From Methanobacteriota archaeon (GTDB taxonomy: Archaea; Thermoplasmatota; Poseidoniia; Poseidoniales; Poseidoniaceae): a stretch of 64,000 nucleotides of DNA. Below the pieces are notes generated by a model that saw only the letters and a program-made list of their open reading frames with translations, did not search any database and was not told the origin of the DNA. The first letter of the stretch is position 1. Each line of letters begins with the position of its first letter. Positions 28,084 to 38,451 of the stretch are shown in pieces. Where the stretch lies: assembly GCA_018659375.1 (NCBI GenBank), contig JABJMO010000009.1, positions 36,320 through 100,319 on the forward strand, given 5' to 3'. The translations under genes and the position numbers were made by a program.

Positions 28084-28138
28084 CCGTTTGAAGTAAGTGT
28101 CAAACTAATGAAATCACAAGTTAAAGTAATGTTTCGGC

Positions 28139-28145
28139 TATAAAT
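28139..28145 (+). promoter_or_regulatory. TATA box-like TATAAAT centred about -30 from ATG 28172
   Basis: Spacing fits a leaderless archaeal promoter. Confidence 0.35.
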
Positions 28146-28171
28146 TCAAGTAGTTCAAAACCTAGGAAATA

Positions 28172-30418
28172 ATGAACCCGATGAAATCTAATTATGTTAG
28201 TGTAATTTTATGCACACTATTTATTTCATTAGTAATACCCAGTGCGGCTGCAAATTCATCGGGTATCAATTTTGTCGGGGTAACACTTGCAGACTCAAAT
28301 GATGCTTACACTAAATCAGTTGCTTTGGATGCCGAGCATGATTTAGTGGCCAGCTCATACGGAAAAACGCTCGAATTCCATGATATGGACACTTTAGAAA
28401 TAATAAATTCTATTGATTTTGTAAGAGAAATTTATGACATACAATTTTCACCGAATGGAGAAGACATAGCCATTAGCCTAAGGGCAGAGCAATCAATCCC
28501 TGATTCAATCCAGATTATGAATTTAGAAACCGGTGAAATAAAACCGGAAAAAGGCAGAGGTAATGATCGCTACGGCAATATTGATTGGTCGCCCAATAGT
28601 GAGAACATAATCACGCCAAATATGAACAACGGTGCAGACATATACAATACGGAAACCATGTCTATTGCTAATCAAATCTCAGGACAGCATGTTTCAGATG
28701 TAACATGTGTAAAATATTCTAAGTCTGGAAATTATATTGTAACTGGGGATGAACTTGGTCGCGTTAATATTTGGGATAGTTTAGGCGAATATCAAGAAAT
28801 CAGTTTTGAGGTCCAAGAGGAAATCATTGGTTGTGATTTTAGTCAATCTGATGCCAAATTAGCAGTCGTCACCGTAACAGGAAATCTATACACTTTTTCA
28901 TTGAGTGGTTCCCAATTACAAAGTTTAGACCTAGGAGATTCACATGAGATGAAATGGTCGTTAAATTCGGACAGAATATTCATACTAGAATCTGACAATA
29001 GTCCTGAATTAATAGTAATTGACGGCTCTACATTTGAGCAAATTTCTTCTGTGCGCCTAATGCACAAGTCTCTAGATTTTGCATTGATAGAAAACCAAGG
29101 GGTGATTATGGATTTGTTTGTGGCAACTGATTCCAACCATATTGCTGCTTATGGAACACCAACACTTCCCGAAGGATTTGGCTCGATAGGTTCGGATTTA
29201 GATGGTGATAATATTCCAGATATATTAGATGATGATGACGATGGTGATTCACATTTGGATGATTGGGATTTTAATTGCCTAAATGAGACTGTATGTAGTA
29301 GAACTCCCGACATATCTACCTTGAGATCTTACCAAATCAACCTTGTTGGTGACACCTTGGTAATTGATGACGTTTACACAATGAACACAATTGACACTTA
29401 CACATTCAGAAATTTATCAAGGCGTTCAATAATTTCTGACCAAAGAATTAGTTATGAAGAAACAAATTTGATTGAGGGTGCAATCTGCCATAATATGGAT
29501 AAGAATGACTACATCACTAAACTCCGTTCTTCTATCGAACTTTCGATTGGTCAAATAAATAATGGCTCGCTAGAGTGTCGAATTATAGAAGGGCTATCTT
29601 TTACTAAATGGGATGATAAAGGACAAATAAAATTTGCATTCAGGACCACTTTTGATATTATTCCAAATGCCTCTCTACCATTTACCATTGAGATAGTTGA
29701 TCAAATCTCAGTTATTGGCTCTTCTATAACTCATATTGTGGAAAATCATCCAGTCTACATCACACAGGTAAAGTTAGATGGGATTGTGGAGTCATCCGTT
29801 TGGTACAACTATGGAGAAAACCCCGTATTGAATTATTCAACCGCTGAAAAAAGCGATAATCAAATAGAGTCAATATTAGGCAAGATAGTGGATAATATTG
29901 CACTGATTTTGGCTGTAGTGTTGGCATGCATATTATCCACATGGTTCTTGATTAGAAGGAACAATCTCAACTCTACGATTCTTCATGAGATTGACTTTGG
30001 TGAAGATGAATCTGATGAGGAAGATGAGGATGAGGACATTGAACACCCCGAATATGTCGAAGAATTTGATGATATCCTTGACGATGTCCTTCAAACTAAC
30101 AAACCAGAACCAATAATGACTTATACAGACGATTTGGATTACGAAGAAACAAATAATATGAAAATTCAAGAAGTGAACAATCCTAAAAAACGGGCGGCGT
30201 TTAGTCTAGATGATGATTCACAATCAAATGATGATAGCAAAGTAAAACGTAGGTCAGGTAAAATAGACCGAAATAAACAGGGACCTGTTATGTCAACAAA
30301 GAGACAGCGACTGGACGGTAAACTCGATATACCGGGTGAAAAGATAATCACCAAGAAGAGGGTCGCAAAACCCAAACAACGGAAGGTTAGACGGGTAAAG
30401 TCAGATGACGAATTGTAA
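28172..30418 (+). CDS. secreted, membrane-anchored beta-propeller (WD40-like) protein with an Asp-rich Ca-binding-like segment, a C-proximal TM helix and a highly charged cytoplasmic tail of about 180 aa
   Basis: Signal peptide MNPMKSNYVSVILCTLFISLVIPSAAA. WD-like repeats (VTGDELGRVNIWD). DGDNIPDILDDDDDGDSHLDDWD segment. TM helix IALILAVVLACILSTWFLI. Acidic (EDESDEEDEDED), then basic (KKRVAKPKQRKVRRVK) tail. Confidence 0.45.
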   Translation: MNPMKSNYVSVILCTLFISLVIPSAAANSSGINFVGVTLADSNDAYTKSVALDAEHDLVASSYGKTLEFHDMDTLEIINSIDFVREIYDIQFSPNGEDIAISLRAEQSIPDSIQIMNLETGEIKPEKGRGNDRYGNIDWSPNSENIITPNMNNGADIYNTETMSIANQISGQHVSDVTCVKYSKSGNYIVTGDELGRVNIWDSLGEYQEISFEVQEEIIGCDFSQSDAKLAVVTVTGNLYTFSLSGSQLQSLDLGDSHEMKWSLNSDRIFILESDNSPELIVIDGSTFEQISSVRLMHKSLDFALIENQGVIMDLFVATDSNHIAAYGTPTLPEGFGSIGSDLDGDNIPDILDDDDDGDSHLDDWDFNCLNETVCSRTPDISTLRSYQINLVGDTLVIDDVYTMNTIDTYTFRNLSRRSIISDQRISYEETNLIEGAICHNMDKNDYITKLRSSIELSIGQINNGSLECRIIEGLSFTKWDDKGQIKFAFRTTFDIIPNASLPFTIEIVDQISVIGSSITHIVENHPVYITQVKLDGIVESSVWYNYGENPVLNYSTAEKSDNQIESILGKIVDNIALILAVVLACILSTWFLIRRNNLNSTILHEIDFGEDESDEEDEDEDIEHPEYVEEFDDILDDVLQTNKPEPIMTYTDDLDYEETNNMKIQEVNNPKKRAAFSLDDDSQSNDDSKVKRRSGKIDRNKQGPVMSTKRQRLDGKLDIPGEKIITKKRVAKPKQRKVRRVKSDDEL

Positions 30419-30423
30419 TAGAT

Positions 30424-31251
30424 TTACCAAAGAAATTCAGCAAACTCAGTTTTCCCACATGCTTCGGTTAGAAACAAATTCAAGCCATCAATATGTTGTT
30501 GATCTAAGCGATTGAAAACTTCCCCAAAATATTTATTCAACCTCTCTCTTGTTAGACCAGACTTTTCAGCAGAAATCTGGATTATTTCATTCCGGCGAAC
30601 AACAGAATTTTCGAACATTTCTAATTGTTCTATCAATGAATTGTATGCTTTTTTTATATCAGCAACAGGAGTATCTCTTCTAGCAGCAAACACGCCAAAG
30701 ACCATTGGTTTACCAGTTATCTCACGCCACTCCAAACCTAGGTCCAAAACTATTTTTTCTGGATACAATTTAGATGCATCTAGGGCTCTATCGCCAATAA
30801 TCAAGGCACCATCGCAATTATCTAACATCGCATCTATATCTGGTCCCATTACGATATAATTTGGTTCTAAACCTTGTTGTTTAGCAATATACTTCAATAG
30901 AGCCACAGATGAAGAAGAATCAGATGGCAATGCGATTGTTTTCATCTCTGATATACTGCCATTACCAAATAAAAGAACGCTTCCAACTTCACCTTTGGAA
31001 CAAATACCTAAGTCAGGGACTAGTACTAATTCGTCTGAGTTTCTAGCATAATCTGCAGCCGGAATTGGTGCTAAAATACAGTCGCTTCTCAGTAAATGTC
31101 CAGTAAGCCAAGATGGCGGTGCGGGTAGAACATCCCACTGATTACTTAGTTTTAGAAACAAAGGATCACAATTCATGAACGCTACTCGGCCAATTGTTTT
31201 TTTCCAATTAAGGAATTTTGAGCTCGTTTCATTAGTATCCTGGCCAATCAT
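30424..31251 (-). CDS. mqnA: chorismate dehydratase MqnA (futalosine pathway)
   Basis: IGRVAFMNCDPLF (MqnA IGxIsYLNaxPl-type motif) and MVFGVFAARRD (MVFAVWA-type motif). 275 aa. Confidence 0.6.
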   Translation of the reverse strand: MIGQDTNETSSKFLNWKKTIGRVAFMNCDPLFLKLSNQWDVLPAPPSWLTGHLLRSDCILAPIPAADYARNSDELVLVPDLGICSKGEVGSVLLFGNGSISEMKTIALPSDSSSSVALLKYIAKQQGLEPNYIVMGPDIDAMLDNCDGALIIGDRALDASKLYPEKIVLDLGLEWREITGKPMVFGVFAARRDTPVADIKKAYNSLIEQLEMFENSVVRRNEIIQISAEKSGLTRERLNKYFGEVFNRLDQQHIDGLNLFLTEACGKTEFAEFLW

Positions 31252-31259
31252 ATTATCAC

Positions 31260-32498
31260 CTAATTTTGAATAACAGACAAGCGCCTAACAGGTTTTGGAG
31301 GAACAATTTCAAATTCGCTGAACTTAGTGTAGATGGTATTTCTTTTTACAGGAGAAAACCCCGCATCTTTGACTAATTTGGCAAGTTGATAACTGCCGTA
31401 ATTCAAACTTGATTTTGCTCCAGCTAAATGCATTATCGATTCTTGACGTACTGTCCCATCAATGTCGTCGGCCCCGTAGTGGAGTGCTAACTCAGCAACT
31501 TCATCTCCAATGTTCATTCGATAGGCTTTGATATGTGGTATAGAATCTAACATTAATCTGGATACTGCGATGGTACGTAAAATTTCGTTGGCAGTTGATA
31601 ACTGGGCTTGTGGCAATCTAGAAGAGTCAGGCAAAAATGGGTAGGGTACAAAGCATTGCAGCATTAATGATTCGTCGGCTAATTTACGTAATTGATCCAT
31701 GTGCTCTAGTCGATCTTCTATTTTCTCAATAGTGCCAAACAACATAGTACAATTTGATGGTATGCCTAGTAGATGTGCTTGACGATGTATTTCTAGATAT
31801 TCTTCAGAACTTTCCTTACCTTTGCAGATTATTTCACGTATTTCATCATTTAGTATTTCGGCCCCGCCACCCGGAAGGGAGTCTAATCCAGCATTTTTTA
31901 ATCTCTCGAGAGTTTCACTGAAGCTGATATTTGATTGATTTGATAAATGTTTTATTTCGACAGCTGTCAAGGCCTTTACAGAAATTTCAGGATATTTTTC
32001 TTTCGCTGCGGCGATTAAACTAACATAAAATTCAACATCCCAGTCTGGATGAAGACCGCCAACTGAATGTACCTCATCGATATGTTCAGCAAACTTGTCC
32101 ATTTCTTTGATGTACTCTTCGATGGTCAACGCATATGCATCTGATTGTTTTTTACTTCTTCTAAATGCACAAAAACGACACGCAAGAACACAGATATTGG
32201 TTTGGTTTATGTGAACGTTCGAGTTGAAAAAAACGTTTTTGTCAAACCTAGACTGTTTAACAATACTAGCAAGCATTCCAACTTCACTGAGGTTACTGTG
32301 GTTGTACAGTATTATACCGTCATCAATACTAAGTCTGTCACCGTTTGCAAGTTTATCGGCAATAGGTTCGATTATTTTCGACCATTGCATATCCTGCAGA
32401 GATATGCTAAGTTTTTCTTTCCAATTGGCTGAACTTCCAGCATTCTGTATTGATGCTGACCACTCAGTCATGACTCCTTGGTATAACCCATACTTCAA
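31260..32498 (-). CDS. radical-SAM enzyme of the MqnC/MqnE (aminofutalosine synthase / cyclic dehypoxanthinyl-futalosine synthase) family
   Basis: CxxxCxxC cluster in TNICVLACRFCAF. About 400 aa. Lies 8 nt upstream of mqnA in the same orientation. MqnC and MqnE cannot be separated by eye. Confidence 0.55.
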   Translation of the reverse strand: MKYGLYQGVMTEWSASIQNAGSSANWKEKLSISLQDMQWSKIIEPIADKLANGDRLSIDDGIILYNHSNLSEVGMLASIVKQSRFDKNVFFNSNVHINQTNICVLACRFCAFRRSKKQSDAYALTIEEYIKEMDKFAEHIDEVHSVGGLHPDWDVEFYVSLIAAAKEKYPEISVKALTAVEIKHLSNQSNISFSETLERLKNAGLDSLPGGGAEILNDEIREIICKGKESSEEYLEIHRQAHLLGIPSNCTMLFGTIEKIEDRLEHMDQLRKLADESLMLQCFVPYPFLPDSSRLPQAQLSTANEILRTIAVSRLMLDSIPHIKAYRMNIGDEVAELALHYGADDIDGTVRQESIMHLAGAKSSLNYGSYQLAKLVKDAGFSPVKRNTIYTKFSEFEIVPPKPVRRLSVIQN

Positions 32499-32515
32499 AT
32501 ATATATGTACATCAT

Positions 32516-35407
32516 CTAAGGTATATTCTTGATAGCAAATAGTTTTGAATTGACTATGAATTTTCTAAATTCTTCAATAACTAAGACTGAAAAGGATACT
32601 GCTATAATTATCAACCAATCTGATGATGAAAGTACTTTTGTGGATAGTAAGCCACCAATTTCTATTCCAATTAGCGGAATGGAGATATTGGCTAATTGGA
32701 CAAAGAAGAGTAACAGTCCAAAAGATACCAAAAAGGCTATGTTGATCGCTTTATTTGAAAAAGCACCCAGTGAAAATATACTCTCTTCTTGAGACCGACA
32801 ATTCATTACATTAAACAGTTGAAACATTATGAATACTGAAAGAGTCATTGTTTGTGCATGAACAAATCTATCGTCAGCATAATTGGACCATTCAGCTATT
32901 GCTTCAAGGTCACCAGAATCACATGCTGCCTTATCAAATGGTAGATTATTCTCATCAGCCAGTGGTAAGCCGTTACAAGTTTCTATACCGCCTCCTGCAA
33001 GGAAAAATACTAGCAGTGTTCCGATTACCATAACTGAACCAAGGTAAAATATCAACCAAATATCACTCTTGCTGGGTAAACCTTCATTGACGGGTCTTGG
33101 AGGTCTACTCATAACATTCCCATGTTTTTTCTCTACTCCAAGAGCGACAGCAGGTGGGCCGTCCATTAGGATATTTATCACCAAAATTTGAGTTGCTGTA
33201 AGTGGTAAATTCCATCCAAATACCAGTGTTGAGATAACTATCAAGGAAACTGCTGCCACGTTAGTAGAAACTTGGTACCTCACGAAATTACGAATGTTTT
33301 GATAGATTTTTCTACCTTCTTCAACCGCATGGACTATGTTAGCAAAATTATCATCTTGCAAAACCATATCTGCAGCATCTTTGGCCACATCAGTGCCAGA
33401 TATACCCATGGCAATTCCGATATTAGCCCTTGATAATGCTGGAGCATCATTTACTCCATCTCCAGTCATAGCGACAATTTCTCCTTGGCTTTGTAAAGAA
33501 CTTACAATGCGCATTTTTTGATCTGGTGCAACACGAGAGAAAATTGTAGAATTAGCGGCTGCCTCATCCATTTCAGCATCATTAAATTTGACTATAGAAC
33601 TACCGTTAACAGCAGGTATACCACCATCGGTAATACCTAATTCCTTACCAATTGCTGTTGCAGTAAATTGTTGGTCCCCAGTAATCATTTTGACTTTAAT
33701 GCCAGCCTTTTGACAAATCGCAATAGCATCTTTTACTTCTGGCCTTGGTGGGTCCATTATACCAACTAAACCAAGGAAAATTAATCCTGATTCAATCTTC
33801 TCAACGTCATAGATATCTTCACCATCATCTAATCGACGAGCACATAATGCCAAAACTCGCATGGCTTTACCAGCCATATCTCTGTTAGCAACTTCTGCAA
33901 TATTGAAATCTAATTCTTCAATAGGGACAATTTCGTCATCTTTAATTTTCCAATCTACCAAATCGATAAACCCTCCAGCACCACCTTTGGAGAATATCCA
34001 CTTTTCACCTTCATATTCATGTATGACAGACATTCTTTTACGTTTAGTGTCAAAGAAAAATTCATGTATTCTGCTATGTCTTTGGGCAAACTTTTGGACA
34101 TCTCCGTTAATTTTCCAACCTGCTACTGCACATGCTGAGTCTGTGGGGTCGCCAAGTGCCTCCCATTGACCATCAATTTTAGATATTGTTGAATTATGGC
34201 AAAGACTCAAACAAGCTGCTGCAAGTCTAAAACCAAGATTGTTTTGATGTTGCGAAAATCCATCGTCACCAAGAGGTTTACCTTCAAACAAAACCTCACC
34301 TTTAGGCTTAAATCCCTCTCCAGTAATTTGAAAATTACCTTCAGTAGTAGAAATTTGTCTGGCCGTCATTTGGTTCTTGGTTAAAGTACCTGTTTTATCG
34401 GAACAAATTACTGTTGTTGAGCCTAGTGTTTCTACGGCCTTCATTCGACGAATTATAGCTTTATGTTGAGCCATATTCCGCATACCAAGAGCAAGAGTTA
34501 TCACTAGTATAATTGGCAGACCTTCGGGAACAATGGCAACAAATATGGCAATAGCGATAATGAACTGGTCGACTGCTGCTTCCCAAATATCTGTATCAGC
34601 GTCACCATAAGCGATGATCATTTCAATGGATACGAGTAAAAATGCGACTATTAGGGCGACGAAACCTAAAAATTTACCAAGAGATTCTAATTTTAGTTCT
34701 AGTGGAGTTTTTGGAGTTTCTGACTCGGCAATATCACTAGCAATCCTACCTAGTTGGGTATTCATCCCCGTTGCCACCACTATCCCAATAGCCCTGCCAG
34801 AAGCGACACATGTGCCCATGAATGCCATGTTTTTACGGTCTGCTAACAGAGTTGTAATATCTAGTGATGCAGGTTTTTTCTGAACTGTCAATGACTCTCC
34901 AGTTAACGCTGACTCATCTATTTTGCATTGATAAGAATCTAAAATACGTATGTCTGCGGGGACGTTCAAACCCTCATACAAATTGACGATATCCCCCGGA
35001 ACTAATTCTTTAGTGGGGATTTCAATATCAGTCTTACCTCTTACAACTACACATTGTGAAACAGACATTTTTTTCAATGAATCCATAGCTTGCTCTGCTT
35101 GACCTTCCTGCCAATAACCGAAGTATGCATTAGCAGTCAAGACCATGAAGATAAAAATAGCATCACCTGGTTCATCGGGATGTATCAATAAGGCAACTAT
35201 TGCTGCCCCAATAAGTAAATAATTTAACGGATCATTATACTGAGATAAAAATCTCTTCCAGCCGGGAACTCTGTCAGGTTCCGATAATTTATTTTCCCCG
35301 TGAATATTTCGTCTTTTGAGAACTTCTGATTCTGTTAACCCGGAACGGTCAACTTCAAATTTTTTCATGACATCATCTGTCGACATAGAATGGTGATTTT
35401 CGTCCAA
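32516..35407 (-). CDS. P2-type cation-transporting ATPase (Ca2+-ATPase-like)
   Basis: 963 aa. Actuator TGES (SALTGESL), phosphorylation site DKTGTLT, hinge TGDGVNDAPAL, and 10-TM architecture. Confidence 0.8.
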   Translation of the reverse strand: MDENHHSMSTDDVMKKFEVDRSGLTESEVLKRRNIHGENKLSEPDRVPGWKRFLSQYNDPLNYLLIGAAIVALLIHPDEPGDAIFIFMVLTANAYFGYWQEGQAEQAMDSLKKMSVSQCVVVRGKTDIEIPTKELVPGDIVNLYEGLNVPADIRILDSYQCKIDESALTGESLTVQKKPASLDITTLLADRKNMAFMGTCVASGRAIGIVVATGMNTQLGRIASDIAESETPKTPLELKLESLGKFLGFVALIVAFLLVSIEMIIAYGDADTDIWEAAVDQFIIAIAIFVAIVPEGLPIILVITLALGMRNMAQHKAIIRRMKAVETLGSTTVICSDKTGTLTKNQMTARQISTTEGNFQITGEGFKPKGEVLFEGKPLGDDGFSQHQNNLGFRLAAACLSLCHNSTISKIDGQWEALGDPTDSACAVAGWKINGDVQKFAQRHSRIHEFFFDTKRKRMSVIHEYEGEKWIFSKGGAGGFIDLVDWKIKDDEIVPIEELDFNIAEVANRDMAGKAMRVLALCARRLDDGEDIYDVEKIESGLIFLGLVGIMDPPRPEVKDAIAICQKAGIKVKMITGDQQFTATAIGKELGITDGGIPAVNGSSIVKFNDAEMDEAAANSTIFSRVAPDQKMRIVSSLQSQGEIVAMTGDGVNDAPALSRANIGIAMGISGTDVAKDAADMVLQDDNFANIVHAVEEGRKIYQNIRNFVRYQVSTNVAAVSLIVISTLVFGWNLPLTATQILVINILMDGPPAVALGVEKKHGNVMSRPPRPVNEGLPSKSDIWLIFYLGSVMVIGTLLVFFLAGGGIETCNGLPLADENNLPFDKAACDSGDLEAIAEWSNYADDRFVHAQTMTLSVFIMFQLFNVMNCRSQEESIFSLGAFSNKAINIAFLVSFGLLLFFVQLANISIPLIGIEIGGLLSTKVLSSSDWLIIIAVSFSVLVIEEFRKFIVNSKLFAIKNIP

Positions 35408-35516
35408 AATAAGCCCTACCGTTCTTCAACCACGATTATACAACTTATCATTATGATGGTGGTTATCCCAATAAAATAAGCGATGTTTTCAACAATTAGA
35501 AATATTTAGCCGGGCC

Positions 35517-37565
35517 ATGTCAGTGCACGGTGAGCCATACATTCCGGCGTCAGAATCGCCACTGGAATTGACGGTAAGAGTCGTTGTAGTAGGAATTCTT
35601 CTCGGCATATTAATGACTGCGGCAAATGCGTATCTAGGTTTGTACGCCGGTATGACAGTTTCAGCAAGTATTCCTGCAGCAGTTATGTCAATGATTATTC
35701 TTCGTTCGCTATTCAAAGAAGTTACTATTTTAGAAAATAACGCCGTTCAAACTATGGCAAGTGCAGGAGAGTCCTTGGCGGCTGGTATCATATTTACCGT
35801 ACCTGCATTGCTAGTGATACCAAATCTTTGGGATGAGATTCAACTACTAGAAACTACGATTATCGCGTTACTCGGTGGATTAATGGGTACTATGTTTACC
35901 ATAGCACTTAGAAGATTGTTCATCGTAGAAGAAGCGTTGCCTTATCCAGAAGGAGTGGCTTGCCGGGAAGTTCTAGTCGCGGGAGAAGAAGGAGGAGAAG
36001 GTTCCCAAGCGATTCTGTATGCGTTAGGAATAGGAGCAATATATGGTTTGGTAGTAAAAGGGTTCCAAGCCACTCACCATACTGTAGAGGTTGTGGTTGA
36101 TTTTATCGGAACAAAACTCTATGCCGGTGTGGACTTATCTGTTGCTTTACTATCTGTAGGATACATTGTTGGCATAAGAATTGCTTCATTCATATTCCTT
36201 GGTGGAATTCTAGGTTTCGGTATTTTAACACCTCTTTACGGGCTGATCAATGGATGGGGTCCAGAAGCGTCAACATTAGACCAATTCAAGAATCTTTGGG
36301 CAACTCAGATTCGTTACGCTGGAGTCGGTGCAATGGTCATTGGAGGGCTTTACACACTATGGTCAATGCGCAAGAGCATAATGAATGGTATTTCCAAAGC
36401 CATTAAGCCTTCAGCAAATAAAGATGAAGAGTTGCTGAGAACTGAAATTGACCTTCCAATGAATTTCGTATTGTCATTTTGCGGCGTCATTGTACTTGTG
36501 ACTATGCTATTTTACTGGTGGCAAACTGAATCTTTGGTATTGGCAATAGCAGGGGCTGCATTTTTAGCCGTTGCCGCATTCTTTTTTGCTGCTGTGGCTG
36601 GTTATATCGCAGGTGTTGTAGGTTCATCAAACTCCCCAGTATCGGGGATGACAATTGCCACGCTGTTATTTACTGTGGCACTTGTCTGGGTCATTGGAGA
36701 TCTCATGCTTGGTCTTTCAACTCCAACACTGATGCTGTCAACGATGCTAATCGCATCAATTGTTGCCTCGTCAGCGGCAATTGCTGGAGATGTTATGCAA
36801 GATTTGAAAACCGGTCACATGGTTGGTGCAACACCAAAGGTTCAACAAACTGCAGAAATAATTGGAGTGATAACTGGGGCTCTAGTGATTGGGCCAACTT
36901 TAAAATTATTACATGATGCATTTGGAATTACTAAGACTGCTTGTCTTAGAGAAGCTGAAGTGACCGGCAGAAGTTGTGAAAACGCCTTATTAGCACCCCA
37001 AGCAGAATTAATCGGTGACATTGTTAGAGGGGCTTTTGTCGGAGATATGAATGTCCAAATGATTCTACTTGGCGTAGTAATAGCGTGTGTCTTAATTTGG
37101 CTTAAAATGCCGGTAATGAGTGTAGCAATTGGAATATATCTTCCACTAAGCCTATCAGTTCCAATCATGCTTGGTGGAATTTTGTCATATTTTGCTTTTA
37201 GGAGTGCACATTTAAGAATTGACGGTGAACTAAGAGATAAACCATCTAAAGCAGCGATAAGTGCGGCAAAGGATGTGGAAAATAGGGGTGTGTTAATTGG
37301 TGCTGGATTTATTGCTGGTGAATCGATACTTGGAGTACTTGTGGCACTTCTTATTGTCTTAGAAATTGATCTTGCGGTTATGTTTAGTACTGGAACTTTG
37401 AACAATTCTCTATCATTAATTTTCTTCGGTTGGTTCACCTTGGTCTTCATATGGCTTGCAACACGTTCATTACCTAACCATGGCAACTTGTTAGCTGAGT
37501 TTTATACTGTGCTAAAAGATGTTTTAAAGAAAGTCGTCAACATGATGAAAATTGGAAAATCATAG
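35517..37565 (+). CDS. OPT-family oligopeptide transporter
   Basis: 682 aa polytopic membrane protein with an OPT-superfamily-like pattern (N-terminal YAGMTVSASIPAAVMSM segment; 15-16 TM). Confidence 0.55.
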   Translation: MSVHGEPYIPASESPLELTVRVVVVGILLGILMTAANAYLGLYAGMTVSASIPAAVMSMIILRSLFKEVTILENNAVQTMASAGESLAAGIIFTVPALLVIPNLWDEIQLLETTIIALLGGLMGTMFTIALRRLFIVEEALPYPEGVACREVLVAGEEGGEGSQAILYALGIGAIYGLVVKGFQATHHTVEVVVDFIGTKLYAGVDLSVALLSVGYIVGIRIASFIFLGGILGFGILTPLYGLINGWGPEASTLDQFKNLWATQIRYAGVGAMVIGGLYTLWSMRKSIMNGISKAIKPSANKDEELLRTEIDLPMNFVLSFCGVIVLVTMLFYWWQTESLVLAIAGAAFLAVAAFFFAAVAGYIAGVVGSSNSPVSGMTIATLLFTVALVWVIGDLMLGLSTPTLMLSTMLIASIVASSAAIAGDVMQDLKTGHMVGATPKVQQTAEIIGVITGALVIGPTLKLLHDAFGITKTACLREAEVTGRSCENALLAPQAELIGDIVRGAFVGDMNVQMILLGVVIACVLIWLKMPVMSVAIGIYLPLSLSVPIMLGGILSYFAFRSAHLRIDGELRDKPSKAAISAAKDVENRGVLIGAGFIAGESILGVLVALLIVLEIDLAVMFSTGTLNNSLSLIFFGWFTLVFIWLATRSLPNHGNLLAEFYTVLKDVLKKVVNMMKIGKS

Positions 37566-37623
37566 TAAATTTTCATACACAACCATCAAAGGATGTCTTG
37601 AATGACCAATAATCGGTCGTACT

Positions 37624-38451
37624 ATGTCAATGTCGTCAACAGAACTTCAAGAACTAGCTAGAAAATGCCGGGTAGAAATCGTCAAAATGGTATACCGGGC
37701 TCAAGCAGGTCATCCTGGAGGTTCACTTTCTGAAATTGATTTAATTGCGGCATTATATGCTAATTATTTGAGAGTTAAACCGGACTCCCCAGATTGGGAA
37801 GATAGAGATCGGTTTATTCTGTCAAAAGGCCATGCTTCACCAGGAATGTACGCAATATTAGCCGAGATGGGATTTATCTCAAAACAGGACCTAGAATCAT
37901 ATCGCGTACTTGGCGGGGTTTGTCAAGGTCACGTTGACATGAAATGGTGTCCAGGTGTCGATTTTTCTGCTGGTTCACTAGGCATGGGTTTGTCTTTTGG
38001 GATGGGTTGTGCAATTTCAGGTAGGCTGAAAAACAGTGAGAGGCAAATATTTGTCATGCTTGGTGACGGAGAAATCCAAGAAGGTAGTATCTGGGAAGCA
38101 GCAATGGCTGCAAAGCATCACGAATTGGGCAACCTAAAAGTAATATTAGACAGGAACAGAATTCAAAATGATGATTTTTGTGAAACTCAAATGCGAATGT
38201 TTGATATTCCGGCAAAGTGGCAAGCATTTGGTTGGTCTGTCAAAGAAATCAACGGGCATGATATGGAGGAAGTTGTTGAAGGATTGGATTTCCTAAAAAA
38301 TACCAATGATAATCCGGCAATTCTCATAGCACATACAGTCAAAGGCAAAGGTGTTTCTTACATGGAAGATAATCCTTCTTTCCACGGGGCAGCGCCAAAT
38401 GATGAACAATTTGCCATTGCTATGGCTGAACTAGGTGAGGTGGTAAATTGA
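37624..38451 (+). CDS. transketolase, N-terminal (thiamine diphosphate-binding) subunit
   Basis: GHPGGSLS motif, GDGE TPP-binding motif. 275 aa. 4-nt overlap with the C-terminal subunit gene. Confidence 0.85.
   Translation: MSMSSTELQELARKCRVEIVKMVYRAQAGHPGGSLSEIDLIAALYANYLRVKPDSPDWEDRDRFILSKGHASPGMYAILAEMGFISKQDLESYRVLGGVCQGHVDMKWCPGVDFSAGSLGMGLSFGMGCAISGRLKNSERQIFVMLGDGEIQEGSIWEAAMAAKHHELGNLKVILDRNRIQNDDFCETQMRMFDIPAKWQAFGWSVKEINGHDMEEVVEGLDFLKNTNDNPAILIAHTVKGKGVSYMEDNPSFHGAAPNDEQFAIAMAELGEVVN

Noticed and set aside
36842-37486. 214-aa minus-strand ORF inside the OPT transporter gene
   Set aside because: Antisense to a conserved membrane-protein gene. No motifs.
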